DNA from: Phoronis australis | Taxonomy: Eukaryota > Animalia > Phoronida | Assembly (NCBI GenBank): GCA_002633005.1 | Contig: NMRA01000525.1 | Span: forward strand, 258,765-303,539 | Direction: 5' to 3' | Length of the DNA stretch: 44,775 nucleotides | In this document: piece by piece, positions 1-14,200 of the stretch | Position numbering within the stretch: the stretch's first letter is position 1 | How the letters are laid out: each line of letters begins with the position of its first letter | Made by a program: the position numbers and the translations under genes | The notes under the pieces: generated by a model | What the model was told of the DNA's origin: nothing | Databases searched by the model: none | The model's input: the letters and a program-made list of their open reading frames with translations, nothing else

Positions 1-271
1 AATAAAAACTACTTGTAACTCTCTCCATAAAAAGTACAGTCTGCTAGGTAGATTGTAATCAGCTGATCATATCCGCATGAGCGAAGCCAATTATCCTCGC
101 TCGTGACTCGATGAATATAGCAGCTTGGCGGCATCCCTTTGATCGTGAGCCGAGCGCGACTCAGCCAAGGTGGATAAATACGGTCTAGTTCAATTTTCCA
201 TACCCCACCGATAACTTTGACGACCGGGGTTAGGACCAATCTTATTTAGTGGGACTGTTCATAGCATGAAG

Positions 272-1955
272 AGGTGCCACAGTAGTTGAAATCAGAAAAT
301 CACCGTCAGCTGTCCACTTCATAGTAAAAACTTACATGCCAATTTTCACAATTACCCTGAAAGCGGTTTGGTTGATAGACGAGTGGACGCCAAAAACAGA
401 TTCGAAAACAGTAAAAATGGCCACTAGGTGGTGCAAACTAGGTCGAATCCATCTAAAAACGGAGAGATAGTGTCATCTCATTAACAGATGCCTGTATGCC
501 AAATTTTATGAAAATACGTTGAGGACCTTTGAATATACAGAGGTAAACGTAAAAAAAATTGCCACTAGGTGGCACACCAGTTGTCAGATCCGTCTGAAAG
601 ACGTCATCCTCCGTTGTTAACATCATATAAATACACTTGATAAATTTCGTAAAGATCCTGCAAACGGTTTAGGGGATACAGCCATAGGCGCAAAAAATTT
701 GAGTGGTTTGGTTGATAGAGGGGTGGACGCAAAAAAACAAGACTCGAAAACAGTAAAAATGGCCACTAGCCAGTGCAAACTACGTCAAAGTTATCTGAAA
801 ACGGAAGGATAGCGTCATCTCACTAATAGGTGCCTATATACCAAATTTTATGAAAATCCGTTGAGGACTTTTGAAGATACAGAGGTAAACGTAAAAAACT
901 AAAATTGCCACTAGGGGGCATACCGGTAGTCGGATCCCTCCGAAAGTTCGCTCATGCCGTCCCATCCATGGAAGGAACCCAAGTGCAACATTTGATGAAC
1001 ATACTTCAAGGGGTTTTGAAGATAGAGCAGCAGACGCCGGACGGACGCCTTACGGACGGAGATGACGGCATAATACGTCCACATATAAACACATATGGGT
1101 GCATGAAAATGAAATTGTCACTTGAAGGCTACAGGCGCAAAAAACATAACTGCCCCTAAAAGGCGCCACAGTAAATGCAGTCATCGCAAAATCATCGTCA
1201 AACTTCTTCTTCACATCAGGAACATACATGCCAGTTTCCACAATCATTCTTAGAGTGGTTTAGTTGACACAGGGGTAGACGCCAAATTACAAGACTCGAA
1301 AACAGTAAAACTGGCCACTACGGGGCGCAAAATACCACGAATCAAACTGAAAACCGGATGATAGTGTCAACTCACTAATAGATGCCTACCAGCCAAATTT
1401 TATGAAAATTCGTTGAGGACCTTTGAAGATAGAAGCAAAATAAAAAAAAAAAAACTGCCACTAGAGAGCACACCGGTAGCCCAATCCATCCGAAAGTCAT
1501 CGTCATTTGTTGTCAAGTTCATATAAATACACTTGCTAAATTTATTAAAGATCCTGCAGAGGGTTTGGGTGATACAGCCCTGGGCGTAAAAAACTGTCGC
1601 TAAGAGGTGCCAGAGTAAGTGAAGTCGTCGGAATATCATCCGTCAGACTTCCTCTACACATCAGGAACATACACACGCCAATTTCCACAATCATCCTTAG
1701 AGTGGTTTGGTTGACAAAGGGGCAGATGCCAAAAACACACTCGAAAACAGTAAAAATGGCCACTAGGTGGCGCAAAATGCTTCAAATTGAACCGGAAACC
1801 GGAGGATAGCGTCACCTCACTAATACATTTCTATCTACCAAATTTTATGAAAATCTGCTGACGATCTTTGAAGATGCAGACTGAGGTAAACGTAAAAAAA
1901 TAAAACTGCCACTAGGGGGCACACCAGTAGTCCGATTCGCCCGTAAGTTGTCAAC
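272..1955 (-). mobile_element. Compound Helentron-associated (HINE/DINE-1-like) elements with ~145-160 bp tandem monomers
   Basis: Monomers with gccactagggggc; terminal module gacgg-repeat + atacgtccacatat...atatgggtgcatgaaaa at ~1035-1108; similar to the copies at 36 and 43 kb. Confidence 0.75.
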
Positions 1956-2020
1956 CTCTATTGCCAACAGTCATTCTTGCCATCCCAACCACCCTTATTA
2001 GAGCCAATTACAACACTCAC

Positions 2021-2208
2021 CATGTCTACAAGCGCTATGTAGATGAACATCCCTCCTGTCATCGAAAACAGCCAAAGGCTAGCATCAGTGAAGTTGCCAA
2101 GCAACACGCCAATCACCATGCCGACTAGACAGAGAAGAGAGGAGACCATGTTGTAGATGATGGCCTTTTTGGCTGACATGCCAGCTTGCAAAAGCATTGC
2201 AAAATCAC
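2021..2208 (-). CDS. SLC39A10: ZIP transporter coding exon 8 (TM6-TM7)
   Basis: cttttcag|(G)DFAMLLQAGMSAKKAIIYNMVSS...TGGMFIYIALVDM|gtgagt; 188 nt. Confidence 0.95.
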
Positions 2209-5200
2209 CTGAAAAGAGAGCAGACAAAGTTCAATAAGACAACTTATGTTCAGAGGACTGGCAATTACCTTCGGCGTTGATAGCCTGTTAGCAAGGTGGT
2301 CCAAAAGGAAAGGGAAATTTATTTTGAAATTGCATGTTGTGACGGAAGTGTTGACTAGAAAGCAAAGAGCCATGATTTTTCAAAAGCTATTTAGCCATGG
2401 TTGCTGACAATTCATAATTGGTAACTAGTGTTTTTTACATCTATATAAACAAACTATAAAGGATATCCTGACACTTTAATTTATTCACATGCCATCAATT
2501 TTGACACCACCCTGCTCTGTCCCTGGGACTATAAAAGTGACTCGTAACACGAATTATAGAGTCACTGCAGTTTTGGATGAAACTGGCCTTATTACATTTT
2601 AACATAATGAAAGTCAGTGAACACAGGCGCTCACCCACACTTATACAAGGGCTGAATACCACACCAAGAGACTTACCCACACTTATACAAGGGCTGAATA
2701 CCACACCAAGAGAAGCCCAGAACAAACCATTTCAGTGCACACACTTTTCTCAACCACAGGATGAATTAAAACTTCACAATTACAGGAAGTCTCACAGAGT
2801 CTCTCAATTCCAGCTACTATCCTCCTAAACCCCAGTCCAGGACCAGCAAACACCAAACAGGAGATAAATATTCCATATCCGTACCTATAAATTCAACACG
2901 CACTGGAAATACTTTGATAATCAGTGACCCAACTCCTAAATATGATTCAGATTTCTAGTTTAGCTGAATTCATAAAAATTGGTTGAGAAACTCAGGCCAA
3001 ACAAAAAAAAACCAAGAGGAATGCAGGGGCATTGAAATGCACCCACGATGTATCACACGACATGTTTCTAGAGGCAATAGGAGATGCTTCAGTAGTTGAA
3101 TCTACCCGCAAATCAAAAAGTAACGATGCATTGGCACCATATACCTCTGAATCATGTTTCACAAAAGTCCGTCAATCAGTTATCTGTATATCATCCGAAA
3201 ACGGTCTTCCCACAAACTACACTTGAAAAACTGATAATAAAATGGCCACCAGGAGGCAATGAAGTGGTCAAATCTGCCCAAAAATCAAATGGTACCGGCG
3301 CACGCAAAGTTTCAACCAAATCCATCAATCCGTTCTCCAGGTATCGTCCGGAAACACTCTTCCCCCAAACAACACTTGGAAAAGCCTCTTGTTACAGCAC
3401 TGCACTGGTCGAAACTACCTAAAAAACGAGTAGTCCGGCGCATTGACAGCACATACCTCTGTGTCGAGTTTCATTACAATACGTCAATCCGATCTATAGA
3501 TATCATCCCAAAACATTCTCCCAAGTAGCCACTACCAGGTGCTGCAATAGTCAAATCCACTCGAAAATTTAATGGTGCAAGTGAACTGATGTCATAATAC
3601 CTTTGTGCCATTTGTTCCATTGAAATCTGCCTAGAGGTTCTCCAGTATTCCCCTAAAAATACTGAAATGCCCACATCCTCTGACCCCAGGAGGCAAGGCA
3701 GAATGAAATGTGGCACGAAACGTTCCAGTGATTCCCTACACCCTTTTTGCGACTTTCACCAACATCCAACCATGGGTTTTCGAGATATCGAGCACACAAC
3801 CAGACAAAGTGAAACCAGATGCCAGCACAAGGTGACAACAATACACAAGCACACACGCACGCATGCGCACACACACACACACACACACAAACAAATGTGG
3901 GCATGTAATGTTATAACAAGGGCACATGCCAGTATTCGAATACATCCAACAATTGCTACCATCTGTCACCGGCTTCATAGAAACACACCTGCCAAATTTC
4001 AAGAAGAAACTTCAAGCCGTTTAAAAGATACACAGCAGATGAGAAACGTTGGCCACCAGGACATAGCTGACGGCAATATGTAGCCACATAATGAATATAT
4101 GTCGGCAGACAATGAAAACAGGCTGATAGTTCCCAGCAAAGAAAGAACAACTAGTCAGGTTTTAATACAATTAGTTACCTAACTCATGCGGCAGTTCATG
4201 GCAAGTGACAGCCACGGTGGTACTCAATCCACCGCCTAAACCCATAGTAAATGCAGCACCTGTAACATCAACAACAATGAGAAAAATTGAACTACAACAA
4301 AAGTAATCACTATTGAAATTCAAAAACTGTAATTGTCACCAGTGATCATGATAAACAACTTTGTCAAAGAAAGCAGGCATTACAATGAGTTCTTGTTATA
4401 AAATGGAAGATGTACAATGCACTAAGTAAACATGAACAGAAAAATTGGCAGACAAGTGAAATTTTCCCTCACTGAGTCCAATTACGATGTATTGCAAAAG
4501 TAATGGTTTACCAAATTCATGTTCTGTGCCACTGCAGCTACCGTCTGATAAATTCAAACAAAGTTAAAGCCTGTGAAAAATGTCAAAAGGAAAATTTCGG
4601 CAACTGTAATTTTGTCTGACATGAATGAGATTTTAACACAGCATCACTTAAGAGTTTACTCGAAAACTGACCAATCACATGCCGCCCTGTACGAAATCTA
4701 TGCAACTTCACTTGAAGCATAACACGTCATTATGATCAATTTTCGAGTCTCACAGTTTAGCAATCTTGAGCCCGAAAGTGATCCTACCAATTGCCATGCC
4801 ATCACAGAAGTTGTGCAGTCCATCACCCATGATCACCATCCAGGCCACCGCAGACACGCTCTTAGGAACCTCATGACTGTGCCCGTGACTATGTCCGTGG
4901 CTGTGCCCATGTCCATTATGATCGCCTTCACCCTCGTCATTGTCATGGTGATCGGACCCTTGACTTCTTTTCCTCTTGGAATGGCTATGGCCGTCACTGA
5001 CAGCACCTGCGTCAGGAGCATGCAGAAACGTGCTAGAATCTTTCAACTCGTCAAGATCGTGCTTCTTGCACGTCTCGTCGCAAAAGTCCACATGAGACAC
5101 GTCTGTCGATGGCGTCAGGTCATCCATAGGGGCACTATGGCGTGTTGTGTGACATGTCTGCGTTGTACCGTCGCACTCGGTAGGCTGGCAGTACTTAGGG

Positions 5201-8200
5201 TCGCTGCTGACAGGCATGTGGTCATCGCCCTGTGCCGGAGACATGTCCTGACTACAAGGTATGTTGTTCATCAGGTGCCAGTCTTCGTGAGCGTCAGCAG
5301 CCATCTTTTTCACGCCTGAAACAAAAAGGAAACACTACAGAGGTTGTCAAAAAAATTAACAAATTTTATTGTAATTGTGGCAAAAATTGCAAAAGAAACC
5401 TTAAAAATTGACTGTAAATCAAAAATAACTAGCTTGTTCAAAATTTACACAGATGTCAAGAAAAGATGGATACATTCTCCAGTTCCTTTTTGACAACTAC
5501 CACCTTCATAATTCATGTCACAATTAGACTATGAACTAATCACCATTCGATCAGTGTCTGCAGACAATACCCTCTTACAAAACTTGAAAATCAATACCAG
5601 GAACTGGGGAGGAGAAAATAACTACAGGATATACAGTTGAGTCTATAAGGTTGAATTTATCCAGTTCTGTCATAAACATACCTGTCACAGACCTTATTTA
5701 ACATAAAACTTAATTACATGTACAAAATGCCACAACCAAATGTATAACCCTCCAGCAACAAAAACGAAGATTGAATATAAGACACATTCCTAAGAAGAAA
5801 ATGAGTACTGGGTTATTACATTAAGGAAAACATAGCAAAGTTAAGTTGAATCCAGTTAATGTAATTATGTACAAAACACTTGACGCTGGCACAAACACAC
5901 AAAGTTCAACGAGTTCTAATTTCAAAACACCAAATTCAGAGACCAAGAGCTAAGCATGACGAACGCAGTATTTCAGCTGACCAATACATCCAGTTCAAGT
6001 AGTCGAGTATGTACATAGTTGGTGAATACGGAATTAAGACGACCATAAACCCGCGTTCCGCGCAAGAGATGAACTATGATTTTGGCAACTGCTAGAAAAC
6101 TGATCAGGAATTGTTTTGTACCCAGTAAAGAAAATGATCTCTCGGCTTCGATATTTCAAGACGAAGCTCATAAAGTTTCAAGTGACAGACATGATAAAAA
6201 TTCGAGAAAATAGAAGTTAGGTTTCATTTGATCAAGGAAGTTCTATTTGATTATATCCTCTTGAATTTCTGGAACTGATAAGGCGTAGATTGTTAGCACA
6301 GCCAGGCTGCAAGTGTTTCTTCAGTTCCAACAAACCTGACAGGGATTACTTGATGCACCTACACTGGTCAGCTTGTTTGAGAAACAAATACCATGGTAGA
6401 CAATTGGCCGGCGAGTCGTAATGCCAGGCAAAATACCACTGGAAGGCTTAAAAATGGACTAGATTGATATCTGGACCCAACGAGAAAATAAGACATGAGG
6501 CCACGAACATGAGACAGGGTTGATATTTTGGAAAATTCACTGATGGTCCAGTTTTGGAAATGTTCATTTGATCAGGAACATGTTTTAAGAGATACACCTT
6601 GAAAGTACAGAGTATTGGGATCCTTGTTACACTGCCTGTTCCTTGGGGCTTTATAAAAATCCACGGATGAAACGGAGGTTACCTATTGGCTGCCTATGAG
6701 ATTTTCAGTAGAAGGAAAAAAGATAATGCCAGGAAAAGCTCACAGAGATCTATGCAGGCATGTTCGCGTGCCATTCGTGAATAAAATTTTTGATGCACAC
6801 TCAACCGATTAATTGGTCACCTGACCACCGCAACAATGATAAATAAAGATTCTTTTCAAAGCCCAAAAGCAACACAATCACATTACCAGAATCAACATTC
6901 AATTACAATACAGCATAGAAAGAAAAAACTCCATCCACACGACGTTTAGAAAAACGTTTGCGTCTGTTCCGTTACAATGTTCTTCCACCGTCGAAAGAAG
7001 TACGATTTGTCATGATCATATAGTTACAACAAAGGTGATGAAATGAAATAGATTTTAAGGTACCATTAAAAACAACTCTTGTTAATTGCCTCCAAAATAC
7101 AGCAAATTTAGAAAAGAAGTATTACGTTAATGACGTAGAGCAAGTTTGAGAGATTAGAGTTCCAGACAGAGTTCCCATGATAGCCCAATTTCCTGTCCTA
7201 AAACTGGACCATTATAAATAGAGTGTAACAGTTGTTTAATTCAGAGGAAAATGGACGAGAGACAGAAATTAACCAAACAATAAAAAGTCTGTACATCATG
7301 GTGCATTGTGAAGTTAGCCTCAACCCAGTTGGGATAAAGCAATATGTCCTACCAGAAACACCGTCAACATCATTGTCAACTAGAAACCAAGGCGATGATT
7401 AATCAATAACCAGGTTCTAGGGCAAAGGTACAGTGTCAGTTAACTGCCCCTGTGAAAAATGTACCATGCGAGAAGGATAATTATTTCCGAAAACAATCAA
7501 CTAAATAAACAAGCAAAACAATAATTAAATAATAATCATGAACAACGCAGATATGCCTCCATTATGTACATCGCAAATGGCAAAGACAGAAGGGTGTTCA
7601 GTTTTGAAAATATTTCCACGCACACCAGAGTAAGCAAGTTCATCAGTGAACTTAAAAATCGAGCGTTTATGGGATGCAGTAGTCATGCGAGTAGCAAATG
7701 CAATCCTGGTAGATACTGATATTGACGCAAAGCAATTAATTTAAATTACCACTAGGGGCACTGCTGCTGTGGGATCCATCCAACAAGTGATACCAGTCAT
7801 GCTTAGCTTTACAGAAACTCATTTTTCAGGACGTATTTTAAAGAGAATTGGCAGAAAGAGAGATGGACACTAAAAGTGAACATCAAACAAATAAAACTGC
7901 CACCATCACAAGTTAGGACTGTCCAAAAATGGGTATCCATTCTCTCCTGAAAAATCTCATCTGACAAATGTTATAGACATCCTTACTCAAACTTGTATGT
8001 AAAGAAATGTGCACCTAGGAGGCTAAGGAGTAATCGAAAAGGTCCAAACAGCAGAGCCAGTAATATGTTAACAGTAGAAGCACATTCAGCAAATTTCGTA
8101 ACGATTCTTTAAGCTGTTTACACATAGAAAGGCACTAAACAAAAATGGAACCAAGTCCATTCAAAAACCAGCATCATCCACAAACTTGTCAATAGGAGCA

Positions 8201-11200
8201 TGATATCTTTAAAAATTAAATTTCATGATGACCTTTCACACTGTTGGGAAGATAGACATGTGGATGACAGAAACATGCACCAGAAATTGCCACTGGGGGT
8301 GCAAAGAGCCAACAAGAAATTGTCTGGTAACATCCCCTCCTTGACACCAGACTATCTGCCAAATTTCGTAAACATCCTTTTAGGAAATTAGCAGCCAAAA
8401 AGCAATAAAAAATTGCCACCAGGTGGCACAGTAGTTGCTGAATTTGTTCCTAAGTCGTTCTCTTCTGTCGTCATAGGAACACACCAGCCAAATTTCACAA
8501 AGATGCGGCATAGGATTTAGGAGACCTGCAACAATGAGACGCTTTGACAGATGTCGGACTACCTGCACAATATGTGCCCACACATCAATGCGAGGACACA
8601 AAAAGTAGGAGAAAAAATTCTAAGCTGACACGGGAAGAACAGGCAGCATATTAAATTATACAGAGCGGACAGATTGCATCATCTTAAATAACTTCTGGTT
8701 TAACAAAATAATGCACAGGAAGGCTCTTGGCCCACCAAAAGTTCCTCACAGGAGTAGTGATTTTACAGCTTTAAAAATTCATTTAGGAGTTAAAGGAATA
8801 TGACTGAAAATGGAATTTTATTTCATGTAACATGTTGACAAAAGCAAAAACTCGAGAAAACAGTCACTGTTTTTTTCTGAAACTAAAGCATATCAATTCC
8901 CTGCTAAACGCTACATGAAAGCAACTTAACAAGCACTGAAACCTGGTGTGTGGCCAAGAATATAACTATAAGTATACATGTACAAGTTTTACTGCACAAT
9001 ATTAAGTGTAACCTAGGCTTACCTTTGACAGTGTGAACAACCATGGGTAAATCTGAGCAAGAGCCGCACTCGTTCGCCTTCAGTTCGTCTAAATTTTCTG
9101 CGTGCAACTTCTTACGAAAATTTTTCTGAAAAACCAAAGAATATTTGATTTCGACCTTGGGTAAATTCTCATTTACAGAACGAATGCTAGGAGTCGCCTC
9201 ACTCCTCTGTGACTTAGTGTTCACCAACATAGCAAGTTTATAAAGAGATAAATCTTCACCTAAATTCCTTAAATTGATAGGTAATTCCACATTTTGCTGT
9301 TTCGATCTCACACACACGATGTGGTTTAACCGCGGACTAGATTTCTGTTATCCATTTCCTTGTGTTTCATTTCAGTCTCCCGGCGCCTGACCTATGTAAC
9401 AATGAACTGCTGATCCTTTAAAGTAGACCACAATGCCCACATATTACAATATGTTGGCTCCACTCACATGACCTAATTGGAATCTATAGAACGTTTTTAT
9501 GATAATTAAACTAATCACACACTACAAATTCACTTGAGAATGTGCGTGAATGTTGAAATAATGAACAAGGCTACAGGGTGAATAACTGAGTTATACTGAA
9601 CAAAAACAAGTTTACACTGAATAATTAACTGATTCAGAAGTCCTTGAGGTTTTCACGTCTTGCCACATAATCGGTTTTTTCTCGGCTTCGGTAAATCGAC
9701 TTAATTTGAACAGGAACACAAGTTGTTGAAAACAGCTTGGTGGATTTCGCTGAAACTTTCCAAACTTGATATTTAACCACCAATCTCAAAAACGCCTTAG
9801 GTTTTTTTGATATAAAGGCCTAGTTTTTGCATTACGTAACAAAGAATACAACTTCTATTTTTTACAAAAATACTTCAGGTTTTACAAGTTGATTTGTCAT
9901 CGAAATAAAACAAAAAGACTAATCGAACAGCATTTTTACGACAACAGATGAGATTTTCATTTAAAGAAAGTTTCATTATAATCCACCGAGAGGTTATTTT
10001 GCTATGAATGTACCTTTCGTAAACATGAAATTTCGACTTAAAAAGGTGCATTAATAACGATGTCACATAAATATAAAACATATTTTTGTATTTCCTGATC
10101 TTTTTTCTTTCAGAAAACATATACTTATAGTTGCTGACAAAACCTAGTTTTTTGATAAACGAGTTAGAATGGAGGTCACTAAATAAGGTTTGAGACATCA
10201 TTAAGTTGACTGACTCTCTGCTGCTAACCTAAATTTAGGAAAAATACTGAAGTTGACACAAATAAGTAACAACCGAGCAGTAAAGCAATATGTTATAGAC
10301 AGAAGGGTGGTGAATACTCCAGACCACTTTAGGAACTGTTTACAATAAAGTAAACTTTTTAAAATTTGTTAATATGTAATGTTTTGTGAAATCTGTGTAT
10401 ACAAAAAAGATGTACATAATTACTCATTGACAAACATAATGACTTACAAGTTGCCTTTACAAATTACATGTTCAAATTTATGGCCGACTTCCTTTGTTTT
10501 ATGTGTAGAAATGTCAGTGATAGTATTGCCTACAGATAGACATTTACCACACAATGTAGCCAATTTTTACTTTACGGTCTACAAAAATAAATTTGTCATT
10601 GAAAGTTTAGCCCCTTCAGTCTATGATAGACAAAACGATAATAAAGAGAAATTATTTAAAGCACATTTATTTGCATGACTGCTGCTCCTTTGTTGAGCAA
10701 GTAGAGTCTTCACATGGACTTTCTCAGAACAAGGTTGACCAGGGGTGTGCAAGACACTCACCAGGGGTGTGCAAGTTACTCACCAGGGGTGTGCAAGACA
10801 CTCACCAGGGGTGCGCAAGTCACTCCCCAGGGGTGTGCAAGACACTCACAAGGCATTTCCAGAAACATTGAAGTATATTCCATAATTCAACATTCCCACA
10901 TGCAAAAAATGAGCAAAATATTTTCACTGAGAAAATGTATTATTTCATTAAATGCGCAACTGGCCTAAATATTCCCATTGAAGTACACACAAAGTTAGAT
11001 CTTAGTTATATGCAAAACCAAAAGTACTTCTTAAATACATAAAACAAGACCAACCGGAAACATTCATTGTTACATTATGCAACTATACACCACTAAGTGG
11101 ACTGGTGTTTGTGGATGCTCATTTCGGTTACATGGCCATAGTCCGAGCGCGCATTAGTCCGAAGGTTCAATGGTACAAACATATAAGATTTTGGGTGTAA

Positions 11201-14200
11201 TTTTCAATTTTTTTTCTGCATGCAATAATACACAATCCTCTGGCTGTTTGACACCATGGCACAGGCCATCCTACCAGAAACAACCACCCTTGGGTAATAA
11301 TACACTGTGATCAGGTTTCCTGAACATGAAAAATCGGACTTCAAAGCATGCCTTGAAAGGTAACAGTTCAATATTCTGAAAACCCAATATTGTGATGGCC
11401 CATTGTTCCAACGACCCATTGTTCTGACAATTTACCCAATATTCTGAATACTCACTGTCCCGACGATTTACCCATTGATCTGACCGCCCATTGATCTGAC
11501 CGCCCATTGATCTGACCGCCCGCCTAATGTTCCGACAATTAACCCTTCATTCTGATAGCTCATTAATCTGACCGCCCAATGTTCTGACAATTCCGACCCA
11601 ACATTCTGACAGCTCAATAGTTCCAATAAATTACCCACTAGTCTTGACAACCCAATTGTCTGAGCGTTTACCTATCATAATATTACGACTATGGTCTCAT
11701 TTCTGAATTTTGTTGTATATAAGTTGTTGATGATTTTTTTATGGAATTTATTTATTGCAGAAATCTAATGGGAGAACAGATAACAATTAAAAAACAGACT
11801 ATAAAACATTTCGAAAACTTAAATGCTTTGGTCAAGAGACTCGGTAACGTATAGGCAATTGAGAGGATGCTACTGATGTCTGTGAAGCCACGGGGAGTGC
11901 CTAGGGAATCAATCACAATAACGTCACTATTTCTCACTCAGTCCAAGCTACCTGAGTAAGTGGGCCAATCAAAGTCTGAATGGGGGATAAGCCATGCAGT
12001 GTAAGAGGTCCTAGTAGTTTAGTTTAATTCATAAACTTTTGTATGCACGTACATGTACCCAACGTTTTGGGTAAAGATAACCAATCACAAAAGTTGCCTT
12101 GAGGGCTGTTCCAGTAAAATCTGTATGGGAGAGGGGGGGAAAGCACCTTTTTTCGCACCCACCACCCATATTTTTCATTTATTTCTTCAGCCTACCACCC
12201 GTAATATTTTATAAGTTTGAAATGCAACCACCTGTAATTTTTTTTTGTTCTTGTGGTTGACTACACAGGCGCTTGAATTTATCTGTTCCTCCATCATCAC
12301 TAACGTCATTCATTACTAAGAAAACATATATTTCTTATAATATAAGGTTATTAGCCATCGAGAAATTCGAGCGCCTGTGGTTGACTGGTGTTATGGGCAT
12401 GCTGATGAGGAGATCGGAGGGAGTGAAAAAGTCGGAGCTTTTTGCAAGTTGCATTTTTGTTTCCGTTTTTGATTCTGTGCGGATTGTTTATAAAATTTAC
12501 TAAAATTACCCACCATCAAACATTTATGGCCCAATGAAACAACAACGACCTGTAAATTATTATTTTTTTGAAGTACGACCACCAGCCATTTTGAATTTAA
12601 ATCAAACGCAACCACTCATAAATTTTTATTTCAGTTGCCTTCCCCCCCTCCCACACAGATTTTGCTGGAACAGCCCTGACTGATACCTTCTCACAATTGA
12701 TAAAAATCTTTGCCGAACGTCAGTTTTGCATTTTACCGTTAGTAAATAAAACGTTCTTGAAGAAACAGCAATATAGAATGTATTTAACTGTGTCCTTTTC
12801 ATCCAGTAATTAAAAAAAGTTTTTAGTCAAAGAGCAATCTGATCAACTGGATATTAATTCTTAAACTCTCGGGAGTGTCATGTCTTGCACTGTCTGCAAC
12901 TATGGGCAGCGGAATTTCAAAAATTATTTTAAAACAAAAACAATTCTATTTTGAAAATTACGTTCAATTATAATTTATAAATTCAATGCTATTTTAGAAA
13001 TTTAATGTCATTTTGGAAAACCCATCCTATTTTAGAAATTCAATCATATTTCACAAAATAAAATCCTATTTCACGAATTCAATCTATTTTCATAAATCCG
13101 ATCCTACAGTTATAAATTCAACCTTATTTACAAATTCAATAATAACATTGGAAAAAGCCACGATTGCTTTCACTACGTGAGTGAAATTGTATATCTCTTG
13201 CGTTCTACCGACAATAAATACGTAAATCTTGAACTAGCGTGGAAATAAAGGTACCAAACACTTTCAAATCTATACTGCACACCACCTGTTGTCCCCATGA
13301 AAAGATTTTTTCTGCCCCGACCAGGACTCACACCGGGGACCTCTGCTAACTGTGCAGACGCTCCAGTCCACTGAACCATCGGAACCACTGGTCAAACACA
13401 GAAATCCAATCAGACCTAGCAGTGCCCATCCCGCTCATAAAGTCGTGAGTGTATATAAATATGCAACAGGTGGCGTACTGACCAGACTTCAAAATGTTTG
13501 TGATACGCCCACAATGTACACAAAACTCATTAGATCTCTAGCAGTCAGCCTTGAGAGCTCTTCAACATGCAACATTATTTACCTTTTCTCGAAGAGCACG
13601 TCTTTTAACTGCTATAATGCTCACTATCCGCTCAACTAAGAAAAACAGGTAAAATCCACCAAGCACCACCAGACCACGCAACACGCTCTCTGAACTGTGA
13701 CCTGCCTCTTCCCCGTGATGGCCATGGCTATGAGAGAATGCCTGTGAACAAAGGCGAGAGAGGTGTGGCAAATCACAGCGAGCAAAATGATGTTGTTGAG
13801 ATGTAAGTCACATTACCGAACATTCAATTTGATAATTCACATAACAAAACCCCAAACCATGTATAATTACAGACATGCAAGCTATGAATAACAACAACAA
13901 TACTGGGCATTGAAGGTGAACACCATTCGAAATGTAAACCGCACAGATACAAAGGATGATCATTTTTCATTTTAAATATCCCCACTAGAGGGAGCAATAC
14001 TAAACAATATTCTTGTGTGCATACGTCGCATACGTGGCCTCCACCTAAATGTGCCAAATTTCATCAAGATCCAACCAGGGTTTTTGAGATATCAAGAGGA
14101 CACCCGCAAAACCAGACAAGATATCGACAATATGTGACCAAATATATGTATGTGGGTGCTTAAAAAACCCTTTGTCAAAATCAAAACAGCCATTAGGCTG

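Noticed and set aside
1-2020. Last ZIP exon (TM8)
   Set aside because: No matching coding sequence seen; the region is mostly repeat, so the exon is presumably outside the window.
3653-4083. ORFs with VCVC/HTHT runs (also 15841-16089)
   Set aside because: Translations of CA/GT microsatellites.
4732-5319. 195-aa plus-strand ORF
   Set aside because: Antisense shadow of ZIP exon 6.
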